Below are positions 50,926 through 62,457 of a stretch of 64,000 nucleotides of DNA, one piece after another (position 1 is the stretch's first letter; every line of letters starts with the position of its first letter). The translations under genes were made by a program, and so were the position numbers. Under the pieces are notes generated by a model. That model worked only from the letters and a program-made list of their open reading frames with translations, did not search any database and had not been told where the DNA came from. The stretch comes from Octopus vulgaris (lineage: Eukaryota), in assembly GCA_951406725.2 (NCBI GenBank), contig OX597829.1, positions 55,552,001 to 55,616,000 on the forward strand. Reading direction: 5' to 3'.

Positions 50926-51936
50926 TGTTGAACGACCGCGCGAAAGGAGATGGTGACGAATAAATGACTCCTTTGAACACCGCACTGTCGCCTTACAATT
51001 AAAGCCAAAATATGGATAAATGAATAAAAGTGCCAGAAAGGAAAAAGAAAAGACGACACAACCGTAAATTTTACGAGAAAGGTTTTATTTAGATGTTAAC
51101 ATGTGGGTAGCAGAGTGTGTGTACATGTGCACGTCATAAGTACATATAAAATAAGAACAATAATAATAGACAGGCCGTCATGCATACATAATGGGTATGT
51201 GTGTACAAACAAGGGTGTATGCGTGTGAGATAAAATACAGAGCATAGAAAGGAGTCTATAACAGGACGCTAGAAGTTCAGACACAAGGTGAAAATAAATA
51301 CCAGTTCGTAGTAAGGTACGCAATAGTAGAAGTTCTGTAACAAAGAAGTTGAGGCGAAAAAGGAGAACCGGTTACTACACATGTCATGTTGAGGTTGTGG
51401 ATTCTATGCTGTGCCGGGTTACTTGGTACAGAAGGTTCTCGCAGGCTGAGCTTACTGTTAACCATGAAAAGTATTCACAAACAGTGAGAAGTTAAACCTA
51501 GGCGAAGTTGCTGTTGACGTCGTTAAGATGAAGGCGACGTTAAGATGAAGGCGATGACAAGATAAAGGCGACGAAGGTCGAGTCCGGAAATGCTACTTGT
51601 GTTTCTGTCGCTGGAACTGGCTGTGTCGCTCTGTGATCAGTCACTAGACCTTAGAAGGTCTAGAGCCAAAGACGTAATACGGTTTGTTGATCTAGAGATT
51701 AGGAGGCTCCAGCAGAGAATTTAGAAGACTGTGTCACGGGACCTTATCAGAAGGCTGCGATTGGTTGGGTTGCACATTGGCGCGTAATAGAGCAAGAGAC
51801 AAACTGCGCCAATACCAACCAATCAGAGTAGTGGACATAACAGGATCCAAGCCCCCGAAGTTTAGCTGTTATCTGCTACGTCCGTATTTATGTTATATAT
51901 GTCAGAGAGAAAGGATTTCACTAAGCGTCCGCTACA
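50926..51936 (-). mobile_element. Solo LTR (gypsy-type)
   Basis: TG...CA ends, 4-bp TSD AAGT (50922-50925 and 51937-51940), minus-strand AATAAA near 51086, similarity to the 47852-48533 LTR. Confidence 0.85.
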
Positions 51937-52439
51937 AAGTGTTTATTTCAGAACGCTTGATTATTTCGGAAATTAAATCACTAAGTCTTAATAACTAAGA
52001 CAAGGAAGTGTAAATTACCGTTACAAATATTGCGAGCTGGCAGAATCGTTAACACATCGGACAAAATGCATAACGGTATTTAGTCTGTCCTCCCGTTCGG
52101 AGTTCAAAATGCTGCTGAGATCGACTTTGCCTTTCATCTTTTCGCGGTTGATAAAATAACTATCAGTCAGGTATTGGAGATGGTGGGAGTCGATGCAATC
52201 GACTAACCACCCCCTTCCATCTCCAAATTTCAGACCTTGCGCCTATAATTGAAAGAATTAATATGATAGAAATATGTGCTTATTTCCCCCGCATTATCTA
52301 CGAATATAAGTTAATGATTTCCAATTTTTTAAATTCACAATATGAACAGGAATATATTTTACAAAGAAAGACAATAAAAATTAAAAAAAAGCAAAGGCGA
52401 CATATAATTTTTTTAAAGAAGGGAGAAAGAAAAAAAAAA

Positions 52440-52690
52440 GCATCACTGCAGCTTCAATTGGTCGCGCATGACAAGTTTCAACGGAACCTGCCGAAGCAAC
52501 GCACACAGCATTAAGCAGGGGCGATGGCGATTCTAAGGAATTGGAAAAGATAAGCACCGTCACGGGCATCCCCTGCCACTTGGGAGAGGCGAGCGGCCAA
52601 CGATGACAAGATCTTCGCGGTTAGCGACCCAGTCCCTCCAAATGTCTCAAACGCCACAGGTTCGTAGAAATAGTTCACGTGTTTATGTTT
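52440..52690 (-). mobile_element. 3' fragment of a CRE-clade-like non-LTR retrotransposon
   Basis: Minus strand YFYEPVAFETFGGTGSLTAKILSSLAARLSQVAGDARDGAYLFQFLRIAI fits the CRE C-terminal P-x-A-x-E-T-x-G...GD-x-R...YL-x-Q-x-L-x-IAI pattern. Confidence 0.7.
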
Positions 52691-52780
52691 CCAAATAGTC
52701 TGTGTTGATGAAAGGTATCGATCATTTTAAATACCAAGGTGACCCTCTCTATTGAAAAAGAAATACCGAATTCTAGAATA

Positions 52781-53000
52781 TATTTCTTTACTATCCACAA
52801 GGGGCTAAACACAGAGGGGACAAACAAGGACAGACAAACGGATTAAGTCAATTACATCGACCCCAGTGCGTAACTGGTACTTAATTTATCGACCCCGAAA
52901 GGATGAAAGGCAAAGTCGACCTCGGCGGAATTTGAACTCAGAAAGTAACGACAGACGAAATACGGCTACGCATTTCGCCCGGCGTGCTAACGTTGGGCGA
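52781..53000 (-). mobile_element. tRNA-derived SINE, family A (5'-truncated, with TSD)
   Basis: AATTCTAGAATA at 52769-52780 and 53001-53012. Confidence 0.85.
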
Positions 53001-54377
53001 AATTCTAGAATAGATAGATACGTATCATAAAAAGGGCATGCTTCTCACCGGTGCTTGTAGGCTGATGGCTAACGCGTTGGGTGTGGAGACATCAGAGGCA
53101 GCGCTACCAGGCTGGGATTCGATCAACCCAGGCTGGGGTCGCCTAGGTGAGAATGTCTGATGTTGAATGATTCGAAACAGACCCCAGGAAACATCCTGAT
53201 GATGTTCCCAAGTGCATCGCAGGATGAGAAAAAGTGGCAAGGATGGTGTAAATGAGGAAGAGACTACCAGGTAACGCGAAGTCTTTGACGATCCGGTCTG
53301 TGTTCAAAAGCTGTGATTCCAGTCATTGCAATCACCTCTTTTTTTTATTGTCTGTCTTGGATCACATTATCCAAAGAATCCTTTTCATGTTTTAATTTGT
53401 GGGAGATTTGGTTGTTCTTTCTAACAGGTTGGGTGAATCCTTAAGGATTTCTTGTTGGTCGTGTATCTGCAATGAAAGTTAAAATTTAAAAAATGTCCAG
53501 CGATGGTATTCGCACAGCAAAAAAGAAAGCAAAGAGCAATCGAATTATTTCTTAACGTATTTAATTGTCCCCTGCTAATTAGTAATAATTACACAATAAA
53601 AAAAATGTAATATAGGTTTCAAATTTAAGCACAAGGCCAGCAATTTTTGTGGAAAGGGATTGAGTCGATTTCATGGACTCCAGTGTTTCACTGGTACTTA
53701 ACTTTATAAATCCCGAAAGGATGAAAGGCAAAGCCGACCTCGGCGGAATTTGAACTCAGAACATAAAGACGGACAGGATGTCGCTAAGTATTTTGCCTGG
53801 CGTCGTAACGATTCTGCCTTTAAATAAAATAAAATATACTGGCTTCAAATTTTGGCACAAGGCCAGCAATTTTAGTTGTGGTGGTGGTGGTGGTGGTGGT
53901 GGTTGTCTGTGTGTGTGTGTGTGTGTGTAGTGGTGAGTAAACTGAATACATTGATTCCTCTACTCAACTGCTATGTCTCTCATCAACATCGAAAGGATGA
54001 AAGGCAAAGTCGACCTCGGCGGAAAAGAAAATATGCTGGTCTCAAATTTTGGCACTCGACCAGCATTTCTGGGAGGGAGGGAGGTAAGTAGATTACATCG
54101 ACACCAGGATTCAGCTGGTACTTATTTTATCGACCCACGAAAGGATGAAAGGTAAAGTAAACCTTGGCGGCGTTTGAACTCAGAACGTAAAAAGGAAAAT
54201 ATGACATCAATCATTGACCTGTCCAGCAAATACGGGGGAGAATTTTCTTTTGTTTCTCTTGTACCGTTAGGAAGAATTTTGGACTTATTTAAAGAAGTCC
54301 CAAGACAAACACACGGTAAATGTACGAAGTAAATGGCGTAGATAAAACCAAGAATTACTTTTAGACACCATCTACAT

Positions 54378-54439
<62 letters not shown>

Positions 54440-55653
54440 TAGAAGAAAAATGGTTCGTATTAACATATTTTAATGCTGTAACTAGAAGCTGGAGTTGTCT
54501 CCCATTCTTACCGAAACACAACTTTTGTTTTTTTAAACTTTCTGTTCCTTTCTCTTTTATAAACACTGACTTAGTTTATGTGAAACAAAAGACTTCTTCT
54601 ATAAGCTGTGTTGCTTTTGGATTCCCTCAATTACTCGAATTCGTTTAACCCAGGTTATGTACTTTATCATAGAATAATAAGATCTTGACAATGTTTTGGT
54701 TCCATGTGTGAATGTCAGGAAATAAATTGTTTTTTTTGCTGTGGAATTGTTCGGGAAAACTTTAGCAGAAGATTTAAATGTTTTAAAGATGGAATAAAGG
54801 ATGCGAATAGGAAACCGTGTGAATAGGAAAACAGAAAGCGGAAAAGGATAACATGAAAAAGATTTTAAAAAAAAGAAAAGCACTCAAGTTAACACAATAC
54901 TGAGTTTCGAAATAAAATAAAATAATTATGCAAATAAGAAAAAAAAACCTAAACAAAAAACAAAACAAAACACATAAAAAAGAAGCAAAACCAGTAACTA
55001 TACGGTGAGGTTTCACGAAAAGTTTATATAATTTTTTTTTTTTTGTTTAGTTCTAGCATCAACAGAAATCAGTTTCAACTTGTTGGTAATTTATGTAGAG
55101 TAATTATAGCTGATTTACCGCCAGGGCAATTTATGATCTAATTTTAAGTTATTCATTTTGTTCCTGGTTAACAAAACACTTCTCTGCGCTGTGTAAATAA
55201 TATAATTTATCGATCCGATTGCAGTACAACTACCTATAATTATTTTACTTAAGTGAAATTGAAGAGAGGAGAATCTAAATTCGAGCTAGCGTTAATCATC
55301 CTTAATTTCTATTACAACTTTCTAACATTCTCTTATCTTTTGGCAGAGGCTGGGAGGTTTTGGTTTCTTGCGCTGCCAAAATATCACAAAAGAAAGAAGT
55401 ACCCGACATTAATACTTCTTGTTTCTTCTTTTCTTTTTCTTTTTTTTTTAAAAACTTGTTTTAGTCCGTGGACTGTGGCCACGCTGGGGCACCGCCTTGG
55501 AGTGCTCTGTCGAACAAATCGACCCCGGGACTTATTTTTTTAAAGTCTGGTTCTTATTCTATCTAATTTGCCGACCTGCTAGGTTAGGGAGACATAGCTG
55601 GGGACATAAGTGATGGTAGGGGACAAGCACAAAGGGGACTGTGTATGTGTGCT

Positions 55654-55688
<35 letters not shown>

Positions 55689-55689
55689 G

Positions 55690-55821
55690 TAAACGTTAAA
55701 AAAACACAAACTGGGACAAGAACGTGAAACATTTTGAAGACGACAAAAAAACAACACAGACGGGACTTTCGAAGCTCTCAGTCATCAGTCAAGAACCAGA
55801 TCATCTTCGCAATTTCGGCTG
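55690..55821 (-). mobile_element. Short relic in (TA)n with a degenerate hammerhead-like core
   Basis: Minus strand CTGATGA (55788-55782)...GAAA (55770-55767); (TA)n on both sides. Confidence 0.4.
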
Positions 55822-55853
<32 letters not shown>

Positions 55854-56327
55854 ATGTGTGTGTATGCATGTATTATGTATGTATGTGTACGTGTGCGTGT
55901 GTGTATTTATGTATGTACGTACATTCGTACGTATATATTTGTATGTATGTATGTATGTATGTATGTATGTATGTATGTATGTATGTATGTATGTATGTAT
56001 GTATGTATGTATGTATGTATGTATGTATGTATGTATGTATGTATGTATGTATGTATGTATGTATGTGTATATGTATGTATGTGTATATGTATGTATGTAT
56101 GTATGTATGTGTATATGTATGTATGTGTGTATGTATGTATGTGTGCGTGTGTGTTTGTATGTACATGTGCATGCATGTATGTATGTATGTGTGTGTGTGC
56201 ATTTGTTGAGTTAGTAAATATTTTATTACTATACTGTTTATAGACATTCATAAACGATAATGTTCCTCTAAGTAATGATCAGTTACATGGGACTCCGAGG
56301 AGTCTTTTCGGCTTCAATAAATTACGT

Positions 56328-56380
<53 letters not shown>

Positions 56381-56389
56381 CGCACACAC

Positions 56390-56439
<50 letters not shown>

Positions 56440-56480
56440 GCACACACGCACACACACGCACGCACACACACACACACACG

Positions 56481-56526
<46 letters not shown>

Positions 56527-56530
56527 TACA
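55822..56530. repeat. (TA)n/(TATG)n and (CA)n microsatellites
   Basis: Directly visible. Confidence 0.95.
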
Positions 56531-56532
56531 TA

Positions 56533-56650
56533 TGAGGGTGTGCTGAAAAGGGTAAGAGAAAATAGAGGAGGGTCAGTTAATTATGATTACAGTCAACATA
56601 TTCTCTTCTCAGATTCACACACTTATTACAGGGGTCCTTCAGTTTTTCTC
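56533..56650 (-). mobile_element. Mariner 3' end relic
   Basis: TA-TGAGGGTGTGCTGAAAAG terminus; minus strand KLKDPCNKCVNLRREYVD. Confidence 0.65.
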
Positions 56651-56659
56651 TTTGGTTTT

Positions 56660-57261
56660 GCTCGCCCGTGCTCTTTCCATAACTTGCACCATAACACACT
56701 CAAGAGTTTCAGACCCCACTTCACTGATTTCTCCTTCAGTTGCACCAGGGTCTCCAGTTTCTTGACGTAAACCCTCTCTTTCAGGCCAGTTGACATTGCC
56801 ATAACAGGAGATTATTCTCTCTCTCCAAAACACTGCTGTAGCAACTGCATTGCTTCTCTTGTGGTATGAGCAGTTGCCCCATCTTGCTGGAACCGTGTCT
56901 GATGTCTACTTTGTATGGCTGGGCGCAAAAAGGTCTCAATCATGGATTCCTTAAAGAGAGGGTTTATGTCAACAAACCTGAAAGAGAGGGTTTACGTCGA
57001 GAAACCAGAGACCCTGGTGTAACTGGAGAACATCAATAGAGAAACCAGAGAAGTGGGGTCTGAAACTCTTGAGGGTGTTATGGTGCAAGTTATGGAAAGA
57101 ACACGGGCATGTATGTGATGTAGTGGTGTTGCAAAATTTGACTTCTGCATATTAATTTCTATTATGTCCTTTATATTGTATCAAAGTTTCATGGATTCAT
57201 TTGTAAAGTTAAGGAAATTATTAAAAATTGAAACCCATCAGTGACTTTTGGGACACCCTAT
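56660..57261. mobile_element. Tc1/mariner-superfamily (DD41D/rosa-like) transposase relic with an inverted duplication
   Basis: Minus strand FQQDGATAHTT...RIISCYGNVNWP; plus strand LKERVYVEKPETL; 56664-56785 is an inverted copy of 56978-57110; ends GGACACCCTATA. Confidence 0.7.
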
Positions 57262-57410
57262 ACATATTTACTTCTCAAATCAGTCGAGACTTGGTGACGT
57301 GTGATTGGAAGATCGGAACAGAAATATGTGACATCACTTCTTGTAGTCTCTCATTCTCTCTACTTATAAGTGCGTGACAAACAGGAACACACGTTGCGCG
57401 TCGTAGCTAC

Positions 57411-57640
57411 CTGCAAAACAATTCTCCTCTCTCTCTCTCTGAAGATTCCCACCTTACTGCGAGAACAGGAAAGATTCTCTTATTTATAAATGCCACAAGG
57501 CTCCAGAGAGCAAAGATTATTTTGCCCTGCTTAGTCGGTCTGTCACGTGATTCGATTGCACAGTTAACGTATCCAATCTCAACAACGGACTCGGTCAATG
57601 TATTACACCATCACATGTCTAGGTCACATGGCCAATCGTA
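57411..57640 (-). promoter_or_regulatory. Candidate Pol II promoter and short first exon
   Basis: TATAAATA (57488-57481) 30 nt upstream of GCAGT (A at 57458); GTCACGTGA near 57542; two CCAAT; CAG|GTAGCT at 57410. Confidence 0.35.
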
Positions 57641-59105
57641 GAAAACCTGCGTACGAGGCATTTACTGATTATTTAAGCCTAGACAAACAATATATGACAG
57701 ACACTTTCGCTATATATATAACATGGCAAACAGCCATACAAACAAATTTACGTTTGTTTATTTATTCATTTTTTTCAAATAAATTATGCCTGTGCAGCGA
57801 TTTTAGATTTCCCCCGATTTCAAATTACTTCTGGGGTTGATTTGAAATCGATTTCATCCTATTCCGTATAATTTCACACACCTCATCCTCCAATCCTTCC
57901 CTAAATGTCTGTCGCCTTGATGGCAAAGATAATGTGCTTTCTTTGTGTTTGTGTATGTGTCAAGTACACGTGTGTTAATCATTAAGGAACAGTTTTGACT
58001 GTTTACTTAAAGTTGAAAAAAGATTAAAAAAAAAAACAGAATATTATGTAAATTATATACTTTTGTATAATAATTGTGCGCGAATGAATTTTGATTTGTA
58101 TATATTTCGTTTGCATTCAAAGCGTAAGTGTATTTAAGATATTTTGTCTTGTATAAAATATATTTCGATCGCTAGTTTGTTATTTAGAATGTTTTTATTA
58201 GAAAACAAAAAATTTAAATGCAGACTCAGAACCTCTGATACTCAAAGTATTTTTTAAAAGGCATCTTGAAAATGTTAGAGGAAGTACGGGAAAAAAATTA
58301 TAGAGAAAACTTGTTGGTTCAAACGCATGAGATTCTATAAATTTTCTTTTCCATCAACATACATATTTGTATACGTTCTGCGTTCAAATTCCGCCGAGGT
58401 CGACTTTGCCTTTCATCCTTTCGGGGTCGATAAATAAAGTACCAGTTTCGCACTGGGTCGATGTAATCGACTTAATCCCTTTGTCTGTCCTTGTTTGTCC
58501 CCTCTATGTTTAGCCCCTTGGGGGTAGTAAAAAAATATAAAAATATATATATATATATATATATATATCAACACTCACTATAGACGTAAAGAGAAAATAA
58601 ATGATATTTTTATTTTAGTTCGTCATATGAACTACGATAACAAGAACAGTGAAGGGTTTAGCAAAGGAATTAATTATCGTAAATATGTAAACAAGGATGA
58701 GATGGAAAGAGGGAGAGAGAGAGAAGTCAGTAAAACATTTTTAAAAAATGCCATTTCGCAGCTTAAGATTTTAACAAAAACGTTCGCAGTGAATTGAAAT
58801 TATTCATTTATGGGAAAAGTTACCTGAAAACCATATTTTGATAAAAAATAAATTACAATTGGAAATTTTAAGAAGTTTCTAGAAAATAGAGAATTTAATA
58901 ATTATTTTCTTTTTAGGAAAAGTTGCGTAATTCCAACGAATTAATAGGTATATCCCTCCGTTATATGCATACATACATGATGGCCGTCCACTCGTGACCG
59001 AGGAAGACCATTGCCGACCTTCAGGGACATTGTGCACTCTAGGACTAACTTATATTTTGCATTTGCGGCATACGTACGTACATACATACATACATACATG
59101 CACAC

Positions 59106-59172
<67 letters not shown>

Positions 59173-59177
59173 TATAT

Positions 59178-59415
59178 AAGCAGGTGTATTAGTTTGACGC
59201 TCGGGAGGAATGGAAAAAACTCTTTGACGTCTCGAGCCTACACTCTTCGACAGAAAGAGATGAGAGGGAAAGGGAGAGAGAGAGAGAGAGAGGGGGGGGA
59301 GAAGAAAAAACGAAGAGAAACGTAAAAGACTTTTTCATTTTCCCGAGCGTCAAACTAATACACCTGCTTATCGTTCATTCACCTGTCAGTCTTTTGCTTT
59401 TCTATAAATTTCAAA
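59178..59415. mobile_element. Head-to-head inverted element with a variant hammerhead-like motif
   Basis: Minus strand TCTTT-CTGTCGA(59253-59247)-A-GAGT-GTAG-GCTC-GAGAC-GTC-AAAGA; inverted partial copy from 59317. Confidence 0.6.
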
Positions 59416-59453
59416 TATATATAAATGTGTGTGTGTGTGTGTGTGCGTGTGTG

Positions 59454-60170
59454 TACAATGTTTCAAAAAATTTGATATCATTTGAGATGTAGATATCACA
59501 GAAACTATTTAATCAAAGCAAATTAAACTAAACAGGTTCAATGTTGAGCAACATAAGATTTATTTCTCCAAATTTGAATGAGAAATTCAAAGGTATGTGG
59601 ATTCCATGAACGATTTCGCATCACCGGTCACATTTCCCCCAAAGAACGGGCCATGAAGATGCTTCTTGGAGATGGCGCAGATTCACTTTTGGTGAGTCCC
59701 TCTCATGCTCAATTGTGACATGGGGATTTTCTTCGCCCCTAATACAAACATTATGCTTATTGATTTTGCCATTCGTATGAAATATGGCCTCATCACTGAA
59801 AACAAGGCGTTCCGTGAACTCGGCTTCTTCAACTTTCTCTTGCATATCAACATAGAATTGTTTACGCTTTCGCTTGTCATCTGCCATTATGGCCTGAACA
59901 AGTTAAAGAAGGTGTTCTAAAAGAATGTAGCTATTCTCTATTTTGTTCACGTTCTAAAAATAAAGGAACAGATTCCCTTAGCTCAAAAGCAAACAAGTGA
60001 CAAATAATAGTAACACAAGCAGGCAGAATCGTTAAGCTGCGGCTTGTAGGGTTTCATTAGCAAGCGTTTCCCCAGGACGCGCCAAACTGTCGTTGGAGGA
60101 ATCTGGGTTTCGAGATATGTTCTTCTTATGAACTTCTTGGGGCTACGCTCTTCAAAAGAAAGGAATAAGA
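59454..60170 (-). mobile_element. Tc1/mariner-superfamily (DD41D/rosa-like) transposase relic, internally deleted
   Basis: RSPKKFIRR..IPPTTVWRVLGKRLLMKPYKPQL|VQAIMADDKRKR...RLVFSDEAIFHTNGKINKHN..GEENPH. Confidence 0.8.
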
Positions 60171-60217
60171 GAAAATAAACAGAGAAAGAATGAAAAAAAA
60201 AACTTGTAGATTTCAGT

Positions 60218-60250
<33 letters not shown>

Positions 60251-60262
60251 ATGCCTGTATGG

Positions 60263-60308
<46 letters not shown>

Positions 60309-60879
60309 ATGCCTGTATGGATGTGTGTGTGTGTGTGTGTTTGCTTATGTATGGATGCATGCCTGTATATATACATAGTAAAACAAACTAGAAAAGAAAA
60401 ACTGCCCATAATTTGACGTTTCTCTAAGTATGTAAAATGAGAGTAAGGCATTATAAACTCAGACATGACACATAAAGAAAGACTCTCCGAAGGGATTTAA
60501 GCGAAGCGGCTTTTGCTTTCCAGGGGCCGGTTTTACTGATTACTCTATTGAGCATCTGACAGTTCATTTATCACAAATTAGTTACCCATATCTATTTTCT
60601 GCCTTTTATTTTATTTATATATCATTTTAGATATGCTGTGTTTATCATAACAAAGAAGCTTTTATTTTTTAATTTAGCTATAACAATGATAAATTTGGGT
60701 GCGCATGACCTTTGCGGGCCCTTCGAATCCTTTAAAGACTTATGCACGGGATTCGAAACTGATGCCGTTAATGATCTTCCTAAGTTGTTGAAAAAAAAAA
60801 GAAAAAGAGGATGTGAGCAAAGAAATTACAGAGATCCGATGTTTCGAGAAGAACAGTGCGCGGCCTGGAGAGGCAGACG

Positions 60880-61130
60880 TTATTATAGCTGATGTAGAAA
60901 AAGGCAGAGAAGGGAAATAGAACGCAAGTGAGCCAAAGGGAGTGGAGCGTGTCTGCGAGTAATTTTATGCCAATAAGTCGCGTGACCTTTCTTTCGATGC
61001 GCTCTTGGGTTTCTGTGTGTGCAGTAGCAACGTAAGAGCAATAGTTCCTTGTAGGCCTTACCAAGATTTGTAGAGTATCAGTAATTATTGGTGGATGGGG
61101 TGAATATTTTCTGGAGTTATGTTAGGAATC
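60880..61130 (-). mobile_element. Jockey/CR1-like LINE ORF2 C-terminal relic
   Basis: Minus strand LILYKS/VRPTRNYCSY...ERIERKVTRLIG..LADTLHSL with frameshifts. Confidence 0.6.
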
Positions 61131-61937
61131 AGGAGAGATCCGCACGCAAAACTTTAGAATCGCGATAAATTTTTAGTTTCAACTCTTTCTTCACATCCTT
61201 GAGAATTGACATATGCATTGTTTGCCGAAGCAAATACTTAATCTTCAAGGTTAACTTTTATAAGGATCATACTTGGTGTTTCTATGCATCATTATAAGAG
61301 TTCAAAAGAAAGGACTCTTACTTTAGATTGGCTCTAAGGATACTGGCATTCAGTACATGGTTATAGGTGTTTGACATTTAAATTACTCTGTTCATTTTCC
61401 ATCATTTTCCATCATTTTCCATCTCTTTGTATGACCAATGTTTGTCAGAAACATAAAGTTAAACGACTTATTGTCCTTGCTAGGGTCGTGAAAGAGACAA
61501 AAATCTACATTAGATGAGGGCATATTTTTGACATGTGTATCTATGTCATTTTGTGCGACTTTATTATACTTCTTTCTTAAGTGTCATTTTTTTTAAACAT
61601 ATGTGTATATTTGGGCTACAAGTAGTAAAATTAGAAAAAAAATATCTTTTCCAAAATTAGAATGAACTCTTTTTCCTAGAACCAACAAGAAAATATAAAG
61701 TGCGGTATCCCATTCAGTTATCAGTTATTAGAAATTCCATTGAAATCTTTGTCTCATTGTATTAATGGTCAAGACCATTAAGATAAGAATGGATTTTCCC
61801 TGACAAAACGTTCTGAAAATTAAGCAGAGAATTACTACGAAGTTTTGAGAAAATTGAGATTGCGAGGATTTTCCACAGATAAGATGATTACAATGAAAAG
61901 TGAATTCAACCAACTTGAAGCTCATCTTTAAGAAACT

Positions 61938-62390
61938 TACGAAGGTTAGCTGAAAAGTTCATAGGTTGACCAAGATACGCACACGGAGTGTGACCAAATG
62001 TGGTTTACTTTTCAAGACAGTATCCCTTGCAGTCCCCACACTTCTTCCATCGGTGTTGCAGTGTTTGGATCCCACAGGTGAAGAAGCATTCGTCCTGTTG
62101 CTCAAAAAAGGTCAGCAACAGCATATATAACATCATCACCACTGCAATACTGGCTCCCAACCGTTTTTCATGTTGGGGAACAGATGATAGTCAGATGGGG
62201 ACAAATCAGGAGAATAGAGAGGTGGTGATCAACCAGTTCAAAGCCACACTCATGCACAGCAGCCATTAAAACCATAGATTTCTGTGCTGAAGAATTTCTG
62301 CCCTGATGAAACACGATTCCTTTTGTTAGTTTTCCTGGACGTTTTGTCTTGATAGCCTTTCGCAAATGCCTCAGTATGTTGGCATAGTAG
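61938..62390 (-). mobile_element. Mariner (DD34D) transposase 3' relic
   Basis: YYANILRHLRKAIKTKRPGKL...GFELVDH/YSPDLSPSDYHLFP...LQHRWKKC; terminus TACGAAGGTTAGCTGAAAAGTT. Confidence 0.85.
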
Positions 62391-62399
62391 AGCATAGTG

Positions 62400-62457
<58 letters not shown>

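Noticed and set aside
47852-51936. Single full-length LTR retrotransposon
   Set aside because: The LTRs are diverged, each has its own flanking duplication, the PBS faces outward and the interior is RTE LINE
53154-53182. CTGATGT...GAAAC hammerhead-like motif
   Set aside because: Core A9 is missing and there is no UH cleavage site or stem I
55734-56535. Cys/His/Tyr-rich ORFs
   Set aside because: Translations of (TATG)n and (CA)n microsatellites
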